Shown: positions 62,340 to 64,000 of the stretch, in pieces
Numbering within the stretch: position 1 is the first letter of the stretch
Layout of the letters: every line of letters starts with the position of its first letter
Source: Azolla caroliniana
Taxonomy: Eukaryota; Plantae; Polypodiophyta
Assembly (NCBI GenBank): GCA_043228905.1
Contig: JBHGNT010000013.1
Span: forward strand, 9,052,001 to 9,116,000
Direction of reading: 5' to 3'
Length of the DNA: 64,000 nt
Translations under genes and position numbers: made by a program
The notes under the pieces: model-generated
What the model was told of the DNA's origin: nothing
Databases searched by the model: none
What the model saw: only the letters and a program-made list of their open reading frames with translations

Positions 62340-63260
62340 TTCTGGCTGAGACAGCCGACCAGATAGGGCTGGCCCTACAGATGGTTCGACGGACGAAGAT
62401 GATCGGCGTCTGACAATCAACCGGACACAGAAACGGCCACAAATAAACCCAAAACAACTAAAAGAGAGGGTTGAGATGCGGCCGAGAGCCGAACGTCAGT
62501 CAAGACGTGGCCAAGCAGCTGCCAAGAAACGACCGAGAGCCATCTGCCCATCGTTGCGAGATATGGTCGACTGACGGCTGAGACGTAGCCAAGAAAGCGG
62601 CTTAGAAGCCGAAGCCGAACCACGACCGCGAGAAGGCCGGACAGCGGCGGAGAGTACGGCTGAAGTCCCGTAAGTGGCCGGAAAGTCACGACCAAGCAGA
62701 GAACCGGCCGAGCCCGTCAAATAGTAGCCGCCGAACCCACCGAGTGATGGCCAAGTGAGAGACCCTGCGTGACGGCCGAGACAAACCGAGAGTACGGCTG
62801 AGAAATGTGGCCAAGAGTGTGGCGAAGAGTCGGCCAAATGACGGCCAAGAACCGTGCGAGAGTTGGCCAAGTGACATCAGAGAAAGGCAGACAACGACGG
62901 CCAACAGTACAACACAACAAATAAATGGCCGAGATATGGCCAAGACACGGCTGCGAGAGGGCCGAGAAGCAGAGAATCGGCCCAAGCATGGCGGAGAAAG
63001 CGGCCAAGAAGCCGAGCAATGGCCGAGTGTCAGCCAATATATGGCCGAGAGCGACAGCCGAGCACTGAGAATAGGCCGAGAGACGGCCCAACAAGAGCGG
63101 ACGAGATACAGTCGGCCAAGCACTAGCATGGTTGCCAAGATAGTCGAGAGCCAAGCGACGACCGTGGACGACTACTACCGAGAAAGGCGACGGCCAAACA
63201 GACGATGGGGGACATCAAACAAAGAAAGTCGACAGACAGGCCACGGACAACAGGCCAGCT
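62340..63260. repeat. Degenerate short-repeat region (GGCC(G/A)AGA motifs), probably retrotransposon internal leader
   Basis: Dozens of (C/T)GGCC(G/A)AG(A) motifs; only low-complexity ORFs. Confidence 0.5.
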
Positions 63261-64000
63261 GGTTGATGAACAGAAAATCAAGCTGACAACCACCAAAAAG
63301 AAGTAAAGAATCAAGAACAAGAAGAGGAAGAAGAAGTGGAGCCATGGAAGCTGCAGTGGTTGCTGTAAGCAGATGAAAACACGAAGACAAACGAAACAGA
63401 GAACAACAACACACAACAAGAGACGAAGGGAAGGAAAACGAAGATAGAGCATTAGAAAGACGATGATGAAGAAGAAAGGACCTACATAGAGAGACAAACA
63501 GACATTCGATTGAGACAGCCCGGATGGAGTAGGAGATGATTGAACCAAGAAAACTAAGGAAGAAAGGAAGAAGAAGAAGACAAGGCATTGTTTCTGTCGC
63601 AACAGAGATGGAAGAGAAGGAGAAGAAAGAAGAACAAAGAGGAAAGAATGAAGAAACCGAAAACTAAAAAGAAGAAGAGAAAGGGAAGGGCATCACCGAG
63701 AATTTCAGAAGTTTCAGGGCACGATGGAAAATTTCAAAAACCAAAGTGAAGAAAGTTAAAAACAAAAAAACATAAGGGTAGTTATTAAAATTTCAAAAAT
63801 TGAGACTACGACATAGAAGTTCGGAAACCGAATGGCTCAAAACTCACTACCACTCCCAATAATGTAGAAATACATATATATATATATACCCACAATCTTT
63901 TTAAACCCTTAATGACTTTATCACAATGGACGAGCCGATTGGTGTATGATCCAATCGTGCGTTATGCTGACAGAATGAGAAGGTTCGTGTCAAGCCAGCT

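Noticed and set aside
62417-63602. Overlapping ORFs on both strands
   Set aside because: They arise from GGCC-rich degenerate repeats and GAA-rich sequence; no domain motifs.

Overview
Repeat-dense eukaryotic DNA, most likely from a non-seed land plant (inferred from self-priming Tcn1-type chromoviruses, an RTEX-like LINE and a dirigent gene). The only intact host gene is a single-exon dirigent-like gene (10444-10980). A tandem duplicate of that locus (15880-18882 plus 33291-33553) was pseudogenised by nested retrotransposons. The rest is a stack of nested elements: Ty1/copia elements (18883-33290, 41244-47683, 49500-51640), chromovirus-type Ty3/gypsy elements (22485-30074, 33554-38312), tRNA-Arg- and tRNA-Trp-primed non-chromovirus Ty3/gypsy elements, five solo LTRs with target-site duplications (TSDs), a TRIM-like element, a decayed L1-type LINE, an apparently intact RTEX-like LINE (56657-61952), a Sola-like DDD transposase relic and a TA-flanked long-TIR element. 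Main discovery: three copies of a tRNA-Arg-primed LTR group have no polypurine tract (PPT) before the 3' LTR. They carry instead a sense copy of the 3' half of tRNA-Arg(UCU), ending in CCA 2 nt before the LTR and split by a constant 13-nt hairpin. The homologous LTR at 56278 is followed by a normal tRNA-Arg primer-binding site (PBS). This suggests tRNA priming of both cDNA strands. Second: several LTR families carry an antisense tRNA-like A-box/B-box cassette in U3. All alignments were done by eye and tRNA sequences are from memory.
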